64,000 nt of DNA, from NCBI RefSeq assembly GCF_006345805.1, contig NC_043017.1:23870001-23934000 (forward strand). Reading direction: 5' to 3'. Under the pieces are notes generated by a model, which saw only the letters and a list, made by a program, of their open reading frames with translations, searched no databases and had not been told where the DNA came from. Positions 11,800-26,069 of the stretch are shown here, piece after piece. The translations under genes and the position numbers were made by a program. The stretch's first letter is position 1. Every line of letters begins with the position of its first letter. This DNA comes from Octopus sinensis. Lineage: Eukaryota.

Positions 11800-12380
11800 C
11801 CCATGCAAAGAACAAATACATCAGAAATTTTGAGCAAATATTGGAACCAGAGTTTATCTTGGAGTTCTGAATTGCCAATAATGAAAATAACAGACACTTT
11901 GTAGAATATGCATATCATTTCAATGCAACTGGATGCAATAGAATCTCTGTCATTGTAAGTGGAGTACTACATGGCAAAAGCATAAAGATCCTATGATGTG
12001 CTGCAATATTCTCTTCTTTATGTCAATAGTGAAAATCAATATCACTTTGAAACACTATAGGCTGAATCAAATTCTTCAAAATCTACCTCATGCAAGAACT
12101 TTTATGCCTTTCACTTCATGGTTGTGACAATTCCTTTGACCATCTGCATTGAAGTCACACTCTTCCACCAGTTTACAGTGGACGTGTTTGTTATGATGTA
12201 ATCTAAAAGATTGTGCTATGTTAGAACTCATCAAAGGGCTGAAAGCTAACTCGTATGTATTTATGAGATACAAGAAGAGCTGGAAGAGAGCTTGGCCAGC
12301 TTTGCATTCTCCCATCAAGTTTTACTAGTGGCCCTTGATATATGTTCAGATGAATACAGAACACAATGACATCTGATATA
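11800..12380 (+). pseudogene. Decayed Helitron Rep (Helitron_like_N) coding fragment
   Basis: Plus frame RSYDVLQYSLL...FYAFHFMV...LFHQFTVDVF...SKRLCYVRTHQ resembles the Helitron motifs SYDALQYPLL / FYAYRLMVR / LFHQFxVD / ERLxYIRxNQ. Contains stops. Confidence 0.75.
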
Positions 12381-12382
12381 TC

Positions 12383-12740
12383 TTTTACTTGTTTCAGTCA
12401 TTAGACTGCAGCACCACCTTGAATCTTTTTTACTTGAATGAATCAGTCCCATAACTTATTTTTTAAGCCTGGTCTATCAGTCTCTTTTGCTGAACCATTA
12501 ATTTACAAGGACATAAACACACCAATACCAGTTGTCAAACAATGATGGGAAGACAAACACAAACACACACACACAGATATATATATATATACAATGGGCT
12601 CCTTTCAGTTTCCATCCACCAAATCCACTCACAAGGCTTTGGTCAACTAGAGGCTATAGTAGAAGACACTTATCTAAGGTGCCATGCAGTGGGATTGAAC
12701 CCGGAACCATGTCATTGGGAAGCAAAGCTACTCAGAACTG
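12383..12740 (-). mobile_element. SINE family 1 copy (diverged)
   Basis: Similar to 1131-1518. Confidence 0.8.
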
Positions 12741-14552
12741 TTCATTACTTCCACGTGTAACACCAAACAGAAATAAATTCAAGAGGTGATCTTTCAAGGC
12801 TAAACATATATTTATAAACAACATCTCACAGTCAATGTTTCCCAATTTAAGTTGAGAAAAATTATGGATTTCAATACTAAATGCCAAATAACTGATCAAG
12901 TGTCACATGTATATCATAGAATAGCAAAAATGAGTTAATATGATTCCATCATATTAACATTGCTTCCAGACCCAATCAGAGACAAAAAAAAACATCTTAA
13001 ACATCATTAAAACCGAGGTAAGTCATGGTCTATCGGTACTCAATTCTCACAACAGGAATTCACCTTGCATGGAATACAACAAATGCAGGAAATGGTTTCT
13101 AAGATCATTTGCCAAAGAAACATCAAACAAATACAGCTAGCCCTTTTACAGAAGGGTACCAAAGGATGAAGACTTTTGAGCCTTGTTTGTACAGCATGTA
13201 ATTGACAAGAGATAAATAGATACCTGCTGCTCACACCTAACTAATGAATTTATTAATGCTGAATTCTGTAAATAAATACAGTCCATCAAACATGTCTTCC
13301 AGTATTTTAACAAGGGATCTGAAGTTGTGATATTTTCTCCAACAAAACAAAACAGCTGTGGGGGAAATTGCCCAAATCCAGCAGAAACAATGCATCAGCA
13401 TTCAATAATTTGCTGTCCATTTGAAAAGTGGCCAAAAGGCTTACTTCAATTAAACAACAGCTATTTGGCAAGTACATAATCCAAGATAGAACATTTGTGC
13501 ATTTTTGAAACTATGCCAGAATGACCCCCTAACAAAACACAAATACACTATCAGGTCCTATCCAACAATACATAGAACAAATAATGAAAACGAAGCAAGT
13601 AAGGTGTCCAAGGGCCACTTTCAGTAACATTGTCTGCTTTAGCATGATTTCTGCAGCTGGATACCCTTCCTAGTGCCAACTACTTTAAAGTATGCACTGG
13701 GTGCATTTTTTTCTTGTCACCAGCAATAGTGAAGTCACCATGCAGCTTGCAAGACCACAAAACCAGGAAAAAATGCAGAGGAGATGAGACATAAGAGTGT
13801 GAAAGGAGGGCAGGAGAAAAGGAGAGGCAAGAAGGTTCTGTAGTAGAGGACCTAGATGGTTAATCAGATTTAGGAGAGTGAGAGAGAGTGAGAATGATCA
13901 GTAGGAGCTGCAAGCCTAAGTGTCTCTGCAAGGTATGAGATGGGTAGAAGCGCATTAAGACAGAGGAACTAGGAGTGTGGGTTGGAGGGGATTGCAAAAA
14001 AGGGGAGGGAGCAAGAGATGGGGGATGGGAGGTAAGCAACAATTTCGAAGATGAGTAGGTTTGAAGGGTGGATGTAGGGAGTGATGGATGAGTAATGGTG
14101 TGTGAATTGGGAAAAATAGAGGGATGTAAATAAGATTAGGAGAGAGAAACATATGTGTAGTGTCAAATGGAAACAGTAAATACAATACAGTTGACAAAAG
14201 GGGAACAAGGGAGACATGACACATGATGGGGAGAGAGGCAGGAGTAGTGCATTAGGGGGGATAATATGGTAGTTCAGTGTGGTTGGTGGGACAATCACTG
14301 TAAGATGTAGGTGAGGAGAACAATAATGAATGGATGAAGAATATCTAACAAGTGAAATGGTTCCAGGTAGAAAGAAAAATAGGATGGTTTCAAGGAGTGG
14401 AGTAGTCACAGTGAGAGAAATTATGGGTGAAGAGGGGGAGAAATGTTCAGAGGAGGTTGGACAAGGAGCCCATTTGTGTATATACTGCAGGAAGTACTGC
14501 ATGCATGTATATGAATAAATGGGCACCTCATATACATGTATGTATACACATA

Positions 14553-14713
14553 TTAATCTGAGGGGAGGCAACATGAGCAGCAACTAAAGAAACATTATCC
14601 ACAGAACAGATGTGGATATAAATGAATATATGAATATATGTATGTGCTTGATCTTTCTGTGGATTTGGTAATGTTCCTTTAGTTGCTGCTCACATTGCCT
14701 CCCCTCAGATTAA
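14553..14713. mobile_element. TTAA-bounded foldback MITE-like element
   Basis: ~45-bp terminal inverted repeats TTAATCTGAGGGGAGGCAA..GAGCAGCAACTAAAG with 3 mismatches. Confidence 0.6.
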
Positions 14714-16275
14714 CAAGTGGAATATAGCTCATTTGGAGCAATACAATTCCAGTCTGTTATATATTTTGAGTGTTGTTGTCACTAGCGATCTCAAGATATA
14801 ACTTTGTATTTTGTATGTATACACATGTATACATATATAAATGTATCTGAGGATATACACACATACACACACAGTTACATATTACACACATTATATGTGC
14901 ATGTGTCTTAGCAGTATTTCTTCTACTGTTATGTTCTGAGTTCAAATTCTGCTAAGGTTGACTTTGCTTTTCATCCTTTCAGAGTCGCTAAATTAGGGAG
15001 CAGTTGAATACTGGGGTTGATGTAATTGACTTACCCCTACCCAAAACTTCAGGCCTTGTGCCTATAGCAAAAAAAAATTGTGTGTGGTGGTGGGTGTATA
15101 TTTATAATGTGTGTTTGTATGCATGTATCTGCATATATACATGCAGTCAAGCGAGCACCTGTCCATAATTAGTACATCTACATCAATTAGCGGACATATG
15201 CATATATATGGAGTGGAGGTTAAAACAATGATGATAATGGAGAGAAGGCTATTAATGCAACTACTTAATCTTCTTTACATACACATACGCTTGTCATAAA
15301 CTTGTATATACGTATATATTTTAAATACATGTAAACATAAATACACTAGCTCTCATAAAGTTACGCTTGCATGCACATACAAACACAGCTTCTAATTTTG
15401 TTTATGAAACTTAAGGTAGCAGTGGCTAAATTACATGTGTACAGGATATGCACACATAAATACATATTTATAACTATGTTTAAATACAGAAGAGCAAACA
15501 AATATGCACATATTTCACTTATATACACTTTTTAGCTATACATTGTATACCACAAACACTCACATTTAAAGACACATGTATATTTTAGCTAGTTTGATCT
15601 CTTACACACATATCTGCACACACACATGCATACACACACACACACACATAATGAACTGCATGGTAATTCATTATTAAGTCAATGTTGCTATGAGTGAAAG
15701 GTTATGAAGTTCTAATCACAATCATAGGAATGGTTCCACAGACTGGCATCTTGGGCGAGTGTCTTTTATCATAAACTCAGATCAGTCTAAGCTTTGTGAG
15801 TAAAACTAGGTAGAAGGATACTGTGTAGGAAGCCTGTTATAATTCAAAGTTCCAGCCTTGTCATATACTATGTTAGGACAATTCAACATGAGCCTTACAA
15901 TAAAAGAGTATATGCCTATGAAACCCACCCGCTACCTGATGCTAACCCTTATTTGTTTTTCAAGTAAGGGGTCACTTATTCCACATGGCTTCAAAGGCAC
16001 AAAGTACTTTGTTAATGGGAGAAACTGACAATACCAACCACTACACTTTTGTACAATCAATTGCAGATGTTCACACACACACACACACACACATGCATGC
16101 ATGCATATACATACATATGACAGTCTTCTTTCAGTTTCCATCTATCAAATCACCCACAAGACTTTGGTTGTTCTGAGGCTATAGCAGCAGATAATTGCTC
16201 AGGGTGCCTCACTGTAGGACTGAACCTGAAACCACATGGTTGGAAAAAGAACTTCTCAACCATACATCTATGTCT

Positions 16276-16316
<41 letters not shown>

Positions 16317-18089
16317 AATGCATTATGCTCACTGGTGTAAACACATATGCATATATAAAATACAATATAATGTGACCATTATACTCACTATAGAAAACGC
16401 ACACACGTATGTATATAATATAACCATTGTACTTACAATTTCATCCATCATCCCAATAACATTTTCGGTAGGATCCACAACAGCGCGTTTCTTGAATTGA
16501 TACATTATGATAATTTTTAACTACAACCACAATAATTCTAAATCAATCATTATAATAAGAATTATTAAGTGTTCTTATTTTTTTATGCCAACCAATGCCC
16601 GGTTGAAAATTATAATGGTTAAATGCATAAGATTCTAGAATCCTGGTTCCTAGGTTTGTCAGCTTCAATTCTATTGCAGACATCATGCTGTATCTCAATC
16701 AATGCAAGATACTTAACTCTGCTTGCCTAAGAATTCAAACCTGGCTCAGAAATTATCAATATTGTTATTTGATCCCTATATTAAAGTTGAACTATTTATT
16801 ACTGTTGTTGCTGCTGTTATCACTTATTTCACATTTTTTAACTGTTTCTTAACAGCTTATACTTGAAAGAAAAACTAAATTCTCATACCTTGCTCATTTC
16901 ACCACCTAATTTAAAGACCAAATTGGTTGATATTATTATTATTATTTAAATTCTCATGATGCCAACAGTTTCAGAGGACCATAGGAATTGTGTTTGAAAG
17001 GCACATCTATTTCGTTTGTTACAGGTTTTGTTGAATATTATTGTTGTTAGACTTGTTGAAGGTAATTAAGATATCCAAGACAGTAAAATGTTGAACTGGA
17101 AGCTAGTTCTATATAAATCCTATGAATGTTCATTATGGTTCCATCCTTCCAGAGTCAGTAAAAACCAGTAATACACAGCATTCTTGCTCCTTTCAATGCT
17201 TTTTGGTCAATCCTTTACACTATGTAAACAGGTCAAAACATTTTGTATGGTTGTAAAAATCAGCCTATTATTTTCCTCATGGCAACAAAGAGCAGTATAA
17301 CCTCTGCTTTACCAATACCACCAACATATCCCTGCTACTAAAAATGCTCCAGCATGAACCTAACATGATGTGACAACTACATCATTACTCTAACAATATA
17401 ACCACAACTTAACTATCACCACATCATCGCTACAACGTCCACCAGGTATAATCTACAGACAACAACCACTAATACTACCCTCACCCAAAGCCACTATCAG
17501 TAACACTATCATGCAGAGCACATCCACAACACAACTAGTAACACCATAACCAAAACGCCACCAGAATACCATCACTACTACCCATACTGTCACTACTACC
17601 ACTACTACTTCTACAGCAGCTTTATGACTTGTGTATTTAGGTGAAAGATTAAGATGTAATTAATCAATTATAGGTTCTTTTTTTCATTGTTTGATTACAG
17701 GCGATTGGTGACGGAGCATTGTTTCCTCGTAATTCATTCATTGAAATGAGATTAACAATTAATGCCAAGTATATCCAATACTGTTTGTATTATAGCTTTT
17801 ATTCTTTCTTTCTTTATTATGTCATTTTATTTTATTTATTTATTCATTTACTTATTCATTTATTTATTTTGCATACATCTACATACATTTGATACATGGA
17901 AATGCATTCAGTCAGTGTAATAACAGTGTGAGGCCTGCTCAGAATTGCATGTATGAGTTTAAGCGATATATATATATATATATATATAAGTTCAGCAACA
18001 ATTTAGATTCAAATGAATATGGTACTTAATTTAGATGCACCAGAATTTTGTATGGTGTTACCCATAAAAATATGCGGGGTGATTATAAT

Positions 18090-18231
18090 CAAAAAATAAG
18101 CAACAAGAATGAATCCGGTAATTTAGTACAATTGTTTCATACTACAACATTTTATTAAAAGCTTTTAATAAAATGTTGTAGTATGAAACAATTGTACTAA
18201 ATTACCGAATTCATTCTTGTTGCTTATTTTT

Positions 18232-18233
<2 letters not shown>
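18090..18233. repeat. 144-bp near-perfect palindrome centred on AAGCTT
   Basis: 72-bp arms, no spacer, one mismatch (18115/18208). Confidence 0.95.
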
Positions 18234-18287
<54 letters not shown>

Positions 18288-18329
18288 GATGATGATGATG
18301 GACTCTCCTATCGAAGACAACATATGAGT

Positions 18330-18580
18330 GTTCAACTTTTGTTGAATGACCTGCACAAATGATTTGTTTATAGTGATCAAATGTTTGTGTAGCATTAGCT
18401 AACTCTCCATTGATATTGTCTGAACAGGTGCACAATGTACCACAAATCAGGTGTCAAAGTAATTGCAGAGCAACGTGAGAGGAAGTGTTTTGCTCAAGAA
18501 CACAATGCACCGCCCAGTCTAGGAATTGAAATCACGATCTCCAGATTGTGAATGCAACATCCTAACCACTAAGCCATGCA
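18330..18580 (-). mobile_element. SINE family 3 copy
   Basis: Reverse similarity to 10913-11140. Confidence 0.6.
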
Positions 18581-19609
18581 CCCTCACACACACATATACC
18601 AATACTGGTGCCACATAAAAAGCAGTACACTATGTAAGGTAGTTGGTGTTAGGAAGGGCATCCAATCATAAAAGCCATGCCAAAACACTTGATAATATTT
18701 TCACATTTAATTTCCAATTTTAATAATTTTTATGATATTTTACATATAATTATTTCTTTGTATAACAGTGCTCACTTGCTTAGTAAATATTGCTTTCATT
18801 ATTTTATCAGTCATAATCTCTTTGCCTTTGCTGCTAAATTTTCTTTTTCGGTCACATATTATATATAAATGAAAGCTTATCAAAAACTATCTTGTTTAGC
18901 ATGCTAGAAATAGCAGCGATCACATAGTTATTATTGTAAGGCTTACAGCATTCCAAATAGCCATACCAGCAAAATCGCTTCTTCATTTAGAAGAAAAAAT
19001 TATATCAATATATTAAAGAATTTTTGTTTTATCAACAATATTCATTTAACAAACTCTGGAAACTGATAATATTCTGGAAATTGTACCTTGTATCAAAGTT
19101 ATACAGCTGTTTTGAGTAATAGCATGCATTCATTCAACACAAAATCACTTAAAAATCATAATGGTATATTAAAAAATTTTCATTTTATCAAAAATATTCA
19201 TTTAACAAATTCCGGAAACTGAAAATATTCTTGAAATTGTGCCTCGTATCAAAGTTATATAGCTATTATTAAATTATCATTAATGAAAATAGAAGCAAAC
19301 AAGAATAAGAGACTGTTGCAAATAAAAATGTAAAATGTTGCCTGCAATAAATTAATAGTGTTTATTAAACATTAAAATCTATTCCGCAGTGAATGCAATA
19401 AATATTTAAATTCATGAAGAATTGAACGCAGTGAATGTAATGAACATTTAAATTTGCGGAAATTTGAAGTTACAAACATTCAATAAATTTCAGAAATCAA
19501 AATTATAGGTAATTTCTTAGAACATGAAGTTATAAAAATATTTCCAGACGGTCAAGCTTTTAATATTGCTTTCTTTTAGTACTTTTAGTAATTGTTACAT
19601 ACTAATAAA

Positions 19610-20395
19610 CAGCTTTCTCCACTCAGCAATGACACCCTGGTCTCACACCATTTCCACTCTACCAGTCATTCATTACAACACCTGTCTGTATTCAGATTGT
19701 CTTTGCACAGGGGCCATCCAGACTTCCACCTTTGCCGTGAGCAGGAATTAGTCTTCTCTCTTCACTCCTTTGCACCACATGGGCTCAACTCGCCTCCCCT
19801 CTTCATCTGACACCTACTTCCTCCCTTCATTCCTACTCACCTCTCCTCTCCTCTCTTGCCCTGACACCTACTTCCTCTCTTCACACCTACCCATCTTCTC
19901 TCTTCATCAATACCCCCTCCATCTACACCCCACCACCACACATCCCACATACCTCACCCCAAACCCACACCCCACCCTCACATCCCTACACCCCAACACC
20001 AACCTGCACACACTAGCACTGACCACTTCCCAGCACCCACACCATCATCCACACACTCACACATTACAGATGCATACACGCACACATCCACATGTCAAAG
20101 TCACCAGCCCCTATCCACACGCACACACACACACTCACATATACACACTCATTCATTTTGGGATCACCAATACTTTATCTCCCCTTCTTCCTAGCTTTCC
20201 AGTCTATCTACCTTTGTCCAGCCAGTTGCCATGATTGACTGCTAACTTCAAAAGTTTTTTTTTTATTTTCTCTCTATTTTCTCATGTTCCTTTCTGCTGT
20301 AGGCTTGAAACATAAAAGACTTTCTCACCTTCCAAAGCATCAAATTAATACACCTGCCTTCGTCTTTTGTTTTTCATTAAATTTCAACTATATAT
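19610..20395 (+). mobile_element. Penelope-like element 3' fragment (GIY-YIG C-terminus plus tail)
   Basis: ORF 19592-19810 reads VSHHFHSTSHSLQHLSVFRL...REQELVFSLHSFAPHGLN, matching the PLE motif VAxHF..HSxxDLSV...REQxLIFxLxTLxPxGLN. Confidence 0.75.
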
Positions 20396-20889
20396 ATATA
20401 TATATATATATATATCATCAGTAGTTCGTATGTCCAAAAAACATTAGAGCAGTAATATATTTTTAGGAAGTTGAGTGTTATGGCCAGTCACAGAATAACC
20501 ATTGGTTTCACAGCTATAAAGTGCCTATAGTAACTTCTCAATTCAACTGGACGAAGACATATAAGCCCTCCACAACTGGAGAGAGGAAGACGTCATGGTC
20601 AGTTGGTTTTGTAAACAATAGATATACATTTGGAACGCCTATGCAGGTGGTGTTTCAGGCAGGATGGAGTTATCTCCCTAACATCAGTTCCGATCATAGT
20701 AACTCTCAAAGCAGCTGTTGTGGTTCCATTTCTCTGCTATTTGATGCCACTGCCATTATCAGTGGATGTGTCATTGCTGCTGCTCTGTCAGCACTGGTCG
20801 TCACTTCATCCTTATACACAATTTCCTCGGCTTCACATCAACCCCACCCCCACTGTGCAATCATTATACACCCTCCATGAGCATTCCAT

Positions 20890-21340
20890 CTCTGCTCGTG
20901 GCCTGGGGGTGCTAAAGGTTCAGGTCTTTAGATCTCTGCTCATCCCTGTCCTGCTCTATAGGTGTGAGACTTGAACACTGTCTAGGACCACAAGTTGAAA
21001 TTTATATCCAATGAATGGCTCTACTGAAAGACTGGAATGCATTTGTATGATTCAGGAGTGCCAGCTCAGACTGTTTGACCCTGTTGCTTGATTTTTTTAG
21101 TTCAATCCTACTTACAGTGGTCTCCTCACTGAGGATTTGTCAGGGTCGACAGCTCAAGTTGGTTGACCACATGGTCACAGCAGATGAGGAAGTATCTTGA
21201 GGAGATGAGGACTAACTGGGACTCTGCTTGATAGGTCAACCAGGAGAACCAGGGGGAATATACCACCAAATGGTGAATGCAGCAATGTGCCACAACAACA
21301 CATGTTCCCACACCTCACCTAACCTATATAAAAAAAGGGA
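20890..21340 (+). mobile_element. Decayed RTE (BovB-like) 3' fragment
   Basis: KVQVFRSLLIPVLLYRCET*TL resembles the LYGCETWT motif. Ends in an ACCT(A)n-type tail. Confidence 0.6.
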
Positions 21341-22236
21341 TACCAGGGCTTAGGGACATTTGCATTCCCTCTCTCTCATTCTATTTATCGCTTCTTTTTT
21401 TGCACACTCAGAATTATTGAAGGATGGAATAAACTACCTGCATCAGTTGGCAGCTGTCAGGATATCAGGATACTGTATCCTATAAAAATTCCTTGTTTCC
21501 AGAAATTTGCCAGCATTACTTCTGATATGCACTCATTTCTCTTTATGGCGCCTTGAAATTGTCACTCAATAATGTTATCTTATACATTTTTATTTTTGTT
21601 TTTATTTGCATTCACTTGATGTCTGGAACTGAGCTTAGTCAGTATAATAAAAATGTGAGTAGATAGCATTATAATACCCTCAACTTACAGTAAATGAAAA
21701 CCTGAAAAATTAACATCTCATTTAGTAAACACACTTTTATGGACCAATAAGAAATATAAAGATGGCTGACCTTGTCTAACTGGGACATCTTTTTCCTACT
21801 GGACTTAAACTGTTTCGATAAGTTAAAGAGTACTTGTCTTCCTCTCTGTTTTCGTTTTTGGAAATTTGATTCATTAGTTGGACTTGATAAGATATCAGGG
21901 TCATGTTCTGCAACAGTAAATTTATAAAACTAAAGTCAGTTTACCAGTTGAGATGGATTTCTTGTAACTGAAATGATAACTGAGTATTATTATTATTATT
22001 ATTATTATATTATTATTATTATTATTATGGTTTCAAATTTTAGCACAAGGCCAGTAAGTTTAGGATAGGGAGTAAGTCGATTACATTGACCCCAGTGCTC
22101 AACTGGTACTTATTTTATCAACCCCAAACAGCTGAAAGGCAAAGCTGACCTCAGCAGAATTTAAATCAGAATGTAAAGACAGATGGAATGCCACCAAGCA
22201 TTTTGTCCGGTGTGTTAACAATTCTGCTAGCTCACC

Positions 22237-22267
<31 letters not shown>

Positions 22268-22269
22268 CA

Positions 22270-22965
22270 ATTTCATTTATTTGCCACAAGAGTGAAGGAT
22301 GAGGGAGTACAATACAAAGAGAGACATAAAGTGTGGGAGTTTACATATAATGAACTGATACAAAAAAAAAGGTAAGTATACACTGAAAAAGAAGGGACAT
22401 ATACATAGCATACAAAAGTTTTAAAAAAAGGTGGTGGGGAAGATAATAGACATATAGACCTCCTGATACAGGAAGACCTCAAGGGATAATCAAGGAACCC
22501 CACTGTCCAAGATTTCCCTGAACACCAAGGGCAAGTGCCCTCTCCAATTCTTTCTCTCCAACTTACAGGTCTACACTGAGAGAGGTACCATCCACTCTTG
22601 TCATTTTTGCAACTTTCACCCGCCTTTCAATAAACTCACTTGAGGACAGCACTTCTCTCTCCACTCCCAATTTCCTTTTCAAGTGAAACTTGAAAAAGTC
22701 AATGAGACCTCTACCAAAGAGGAATGTATCTGTCCTCATGCCTTTCAGCCTTGTCCACTAACCAACAACTTTCACCACAGCCACCAGGCAAAGAAAACTG
22801 CCTTGCCTGCCTGATTGAAGGAGGGCGGTAGGGTGATCATCACTCAGACTCAGCCGACAGATAGATCCATCCCACATGTGACAGCAGCTGTTCAAAATGA
22901 CCCCACAAGTCAGTAATGCCCTGACACTGAACGAGTGCATGCAGAATGGTTTCATCAATCTGTGC
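22270..22965 (-). mobile_element. L1/Tx1-clade LINE 3' end (zf-RVT region)
   Basis: Minus-strand ETILHALVQC..DLWGHFEQLLS and FLCLVAVVKVVG. A related copy lies at 57040-58000. Confidence 0.7.
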
Positions 22966-23325
22966 ACCATTTTAGATAGTGGGGAAAATAGTTTCAAGCA
23001 ACATATATGTATTTGTTTTGCAATATTCTTGATGTGAAAACGTGTTTTGAAATAGATATTGTTATACTTGGGATGGTCCTTTTTATTGGCCAATTAAACA
23101 TATGCATAGTTTATTTGATCTTCACTTTAGATTTTATCCGTGAATAAGCAGGAAAAGAGGATACACATGAGACAGAGGGTCACTAATGAAGTTACAGAAT
23201 GTGTAACGAAAGAACTTTGATAGACAAATAAACTAAAAATAATACAAATAAAAACTGAAGTGAAGATCTTATAAGAAGTGCATGTGTTTAATTGGCAAAA
23301 AAAATAAAGTTACCATCCCCAAGTA

Positions 23326-24070
23326 CAGGCATACCTCGGCTTAAGTCATTTCGATTCAAGTTGTTCTCAATTATACGTTGGTTTTCAAAAATAATATAAG
23401 GAAAAATAGAAATCAAGGAGTCATTTTATTCGACTTTACATCTGTCCGTCACAAATACTGGAATCATAAAATCACTACAAAACCATTAAAAGCACATCAA
23501 ATCATATTACTGTACAATAAATAAGAATAAAAGCATATAAAATCAAATGAAAATACATACAGTAAATGTTAAGATACACATCATAAAGTAGAGTAGCTAA
23601 GTGTACGAAATCATGAAAATACAAAATCATCAAATTGTATGTAATGTAGTAAATTTTAAATAATTTAGTTTTTTTTTTATTATTGCAAAGTAATTAATAA
23701 TTATTGAATTTGTTTTTTAAGCTTAAAAAAGGCCTTTATTTTACTATGTCTTATTGCAAACCGCATTCATAAATAAAGCATCCGCGATATACAGTAAACA
23801 CTGCCAAATTGTATTCATAAATTTAGATAATTTTTTTTTATTGTACTGTATTAAAAAATAAAAATCATTTGTTTGAAAGCTTAAAATAAGTTTTTATTAA
23901 CCATGTATTATTGAAAATGTATTCATAAATAAAGTACAGAACTGGAAATAGTTATTATTGGTTTAACCCAGAGACAAGTAAATTCGGCCTAGCCTAGCCA
24001 AGAGATAAGTTAATTCAACTTAACTCGTGTCTCTCGGAACCAATTGATGATGCAGGGTGAGGTATGCCTG
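23326..24070. mobile_element. Tigger/pogo-like non-autonomous DNA transposon, 745 bp
   Basis: TIRs CAGGCATACCTC / GAGGTATGCCTG. TA on the left and TG (mutated TA) on the right. The interrupted flanking repeat resumes after the element. Confidence 0.8.
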
Positions 24071-26069
24071 TGTAACAATATTTTCAAGTAAGTTTTTGCA
24101 CTTCTCTTTGCTATTTCTATCATTAGAATAATTAAGCTTCATTACATACACTTGCTGAAGAAATTCCTATTGCCATTGAAATAAACAAAGAGAAAGCAAC
24201 ATTACATTCATACCAATGTTTTTGCATCACAAACTGTCAGCAATTTATTTGTACACTTCAATATTGATCAAAACCGATCCAAGCTTTTGAGATAACTGAA
24301 GTGTAAAAAAACTGATTATTTAGAAATTTGATCATTATAGTCATGTTTTTCTCGAGGTTATTTGAGCAGAATAGTAATTGATAACTGCATTTTAATTATC
24401 AAACAGATAACATCAAAAACCATTTTAAGCATAGCGACTATGCTTTAGACAGAGGAAAATGAAAAGATTGTAATAATTAGGCTTTCCAAGGAAACTACTA
24501 AGTGATTCTAACCAAAACTGCAAAGTTGATTTCACTCGGAATCCAAAATAATTATCCTTTCGATTGGCAGCAATCCTAATCAAAGTTAAGTATATGTAAT
24601 TTGAATGCTTATATATTATTATAAACGCACGTATTATAAAATATAATAAAAATAAATTCCATGGTAAGGGAAATAACTCTTCTCGTTTAATAATAGAATT
24701 AGCTACCTTGAATATCTTGCGTAACGGTTCATATTTAAATTTGTGTATATCACTTAATTTTTGTGTTTCTTCCTGCGAAATACTAACTGTACAACAGAAA
24801 ACATTGATAGTTGCAGTCGATCTACAAACGAATGAAGAGTTCATGTCCTTTCAGTAGTATGTCTTTGTCAATATATGATACTTAACTTCCAGAAGCCAAA
24901 TCTATCCAACTATAGCGACAACATTGACAATTTTAATCGTTAAAAATTATCCCTCTGTGAAGAAAATCACAGAAGAATAGCAGCCCCTGAACCTTACATC
25001 ACACCAAAAATGAATGATATTTACAAATAGTTAAAGTAGGAGACAAACATACTAGACACCTTTCTTGACATCAAAGTCCCCCGCACACACACACACACAC
25101 ACACGCACATTGAATGGAGTGTACCATCAACAAACAACGTCTGAAGAGAGAACACGTTCTCCCACAGCAAAATACAACAGGTTATCATATTCATGTTCAG
25201 ATCTGACAGAACGTGGTCAGATTTAATATACACACCAGTGACTTGACATATTTGTTTTCAAGAAATGAGGAATTATGGTTAGATCATTAAAAAAAAGAAT
25301 ACAGATTCATATGCTTGACTCTGAAAACCTTAATGCCTGAATGTCATGAAATAAAACTGATTTAGTACAATGCTAATGTATTTTCTTATAAGTCAGAAAC
25401 CCCATAGCATTTTCAGGTCCTCCTAGACTTTGCTAAAGAATTAGTTATGGTTAGTATTGTTAATATTCAGCTTCATTAAGGTGGCAATCTGGCAGAATTG
25501 TTAGCATATCAAGCAAAATGCTTATCGGTATTTCGTCCATTTTCAAGTTCTGAGTTCAAATTCTGCAGAGATCGACTTTGCCTCTCATCCTTCCGCAGTC
25601 AATAAAATAAGTACCAGTTGGACACTATGTTCAATGTAATTGACTTAACCCCTCTCTCAAAATTGCTGGCCTTGTGCCAAAATTTGAAACCAATATTCAG
25701 TTTTACTTATTTCAAAAGAAAGTGTTCCTTTAGAAATTTAGTTCTGTGGCAAAAAGTTGAGTAAAATTTTAGATCAGAAACAGAAAAACAAGACACAGTA
25801 GAAGTGATAGCAGTAGGACAAGATGGTACATCAAAGTGGTTTAGGTGAGGATGATTTGCAGTCAGCAAGGTTGGAGGAGCAGCTGCAGTAATCAAAATGG
25901 TAGGTGAAGACCAGAGCTCAATTGCAAGCCAAAAGTTATGAGCACCAATAATTAAAGGCCAGCAAATGAACAAAAAGAAATAAATCAAATCAATAGAAGA
26001 AGGTATTTCAAAATAACGGGATAAAATAAAGAAATTCTTATCATTTTATTAGTCGCATAATTTTACAAT

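Noticed and set aside
13447-13530. AG...GTAAGC-bounded minus-strand segment
   Set aside because: Stops in all three frames. It lies in a probable CR1-like 3' remnant on the plus strand.
17250-17620. Thr-rich mucin-like stretch
   Set aside because: Degenerate ACT/ACC repeats with stops in the frames checked and no splice context.
20290-20330. Hammerhead-like remnant CTGCTG..TAGGCTTGAAACAT in the Penelope-like tail
   Set aside because: The core GA and the 5' strand of stem II are missing, so it cannot fold. At most it is a dead relic.
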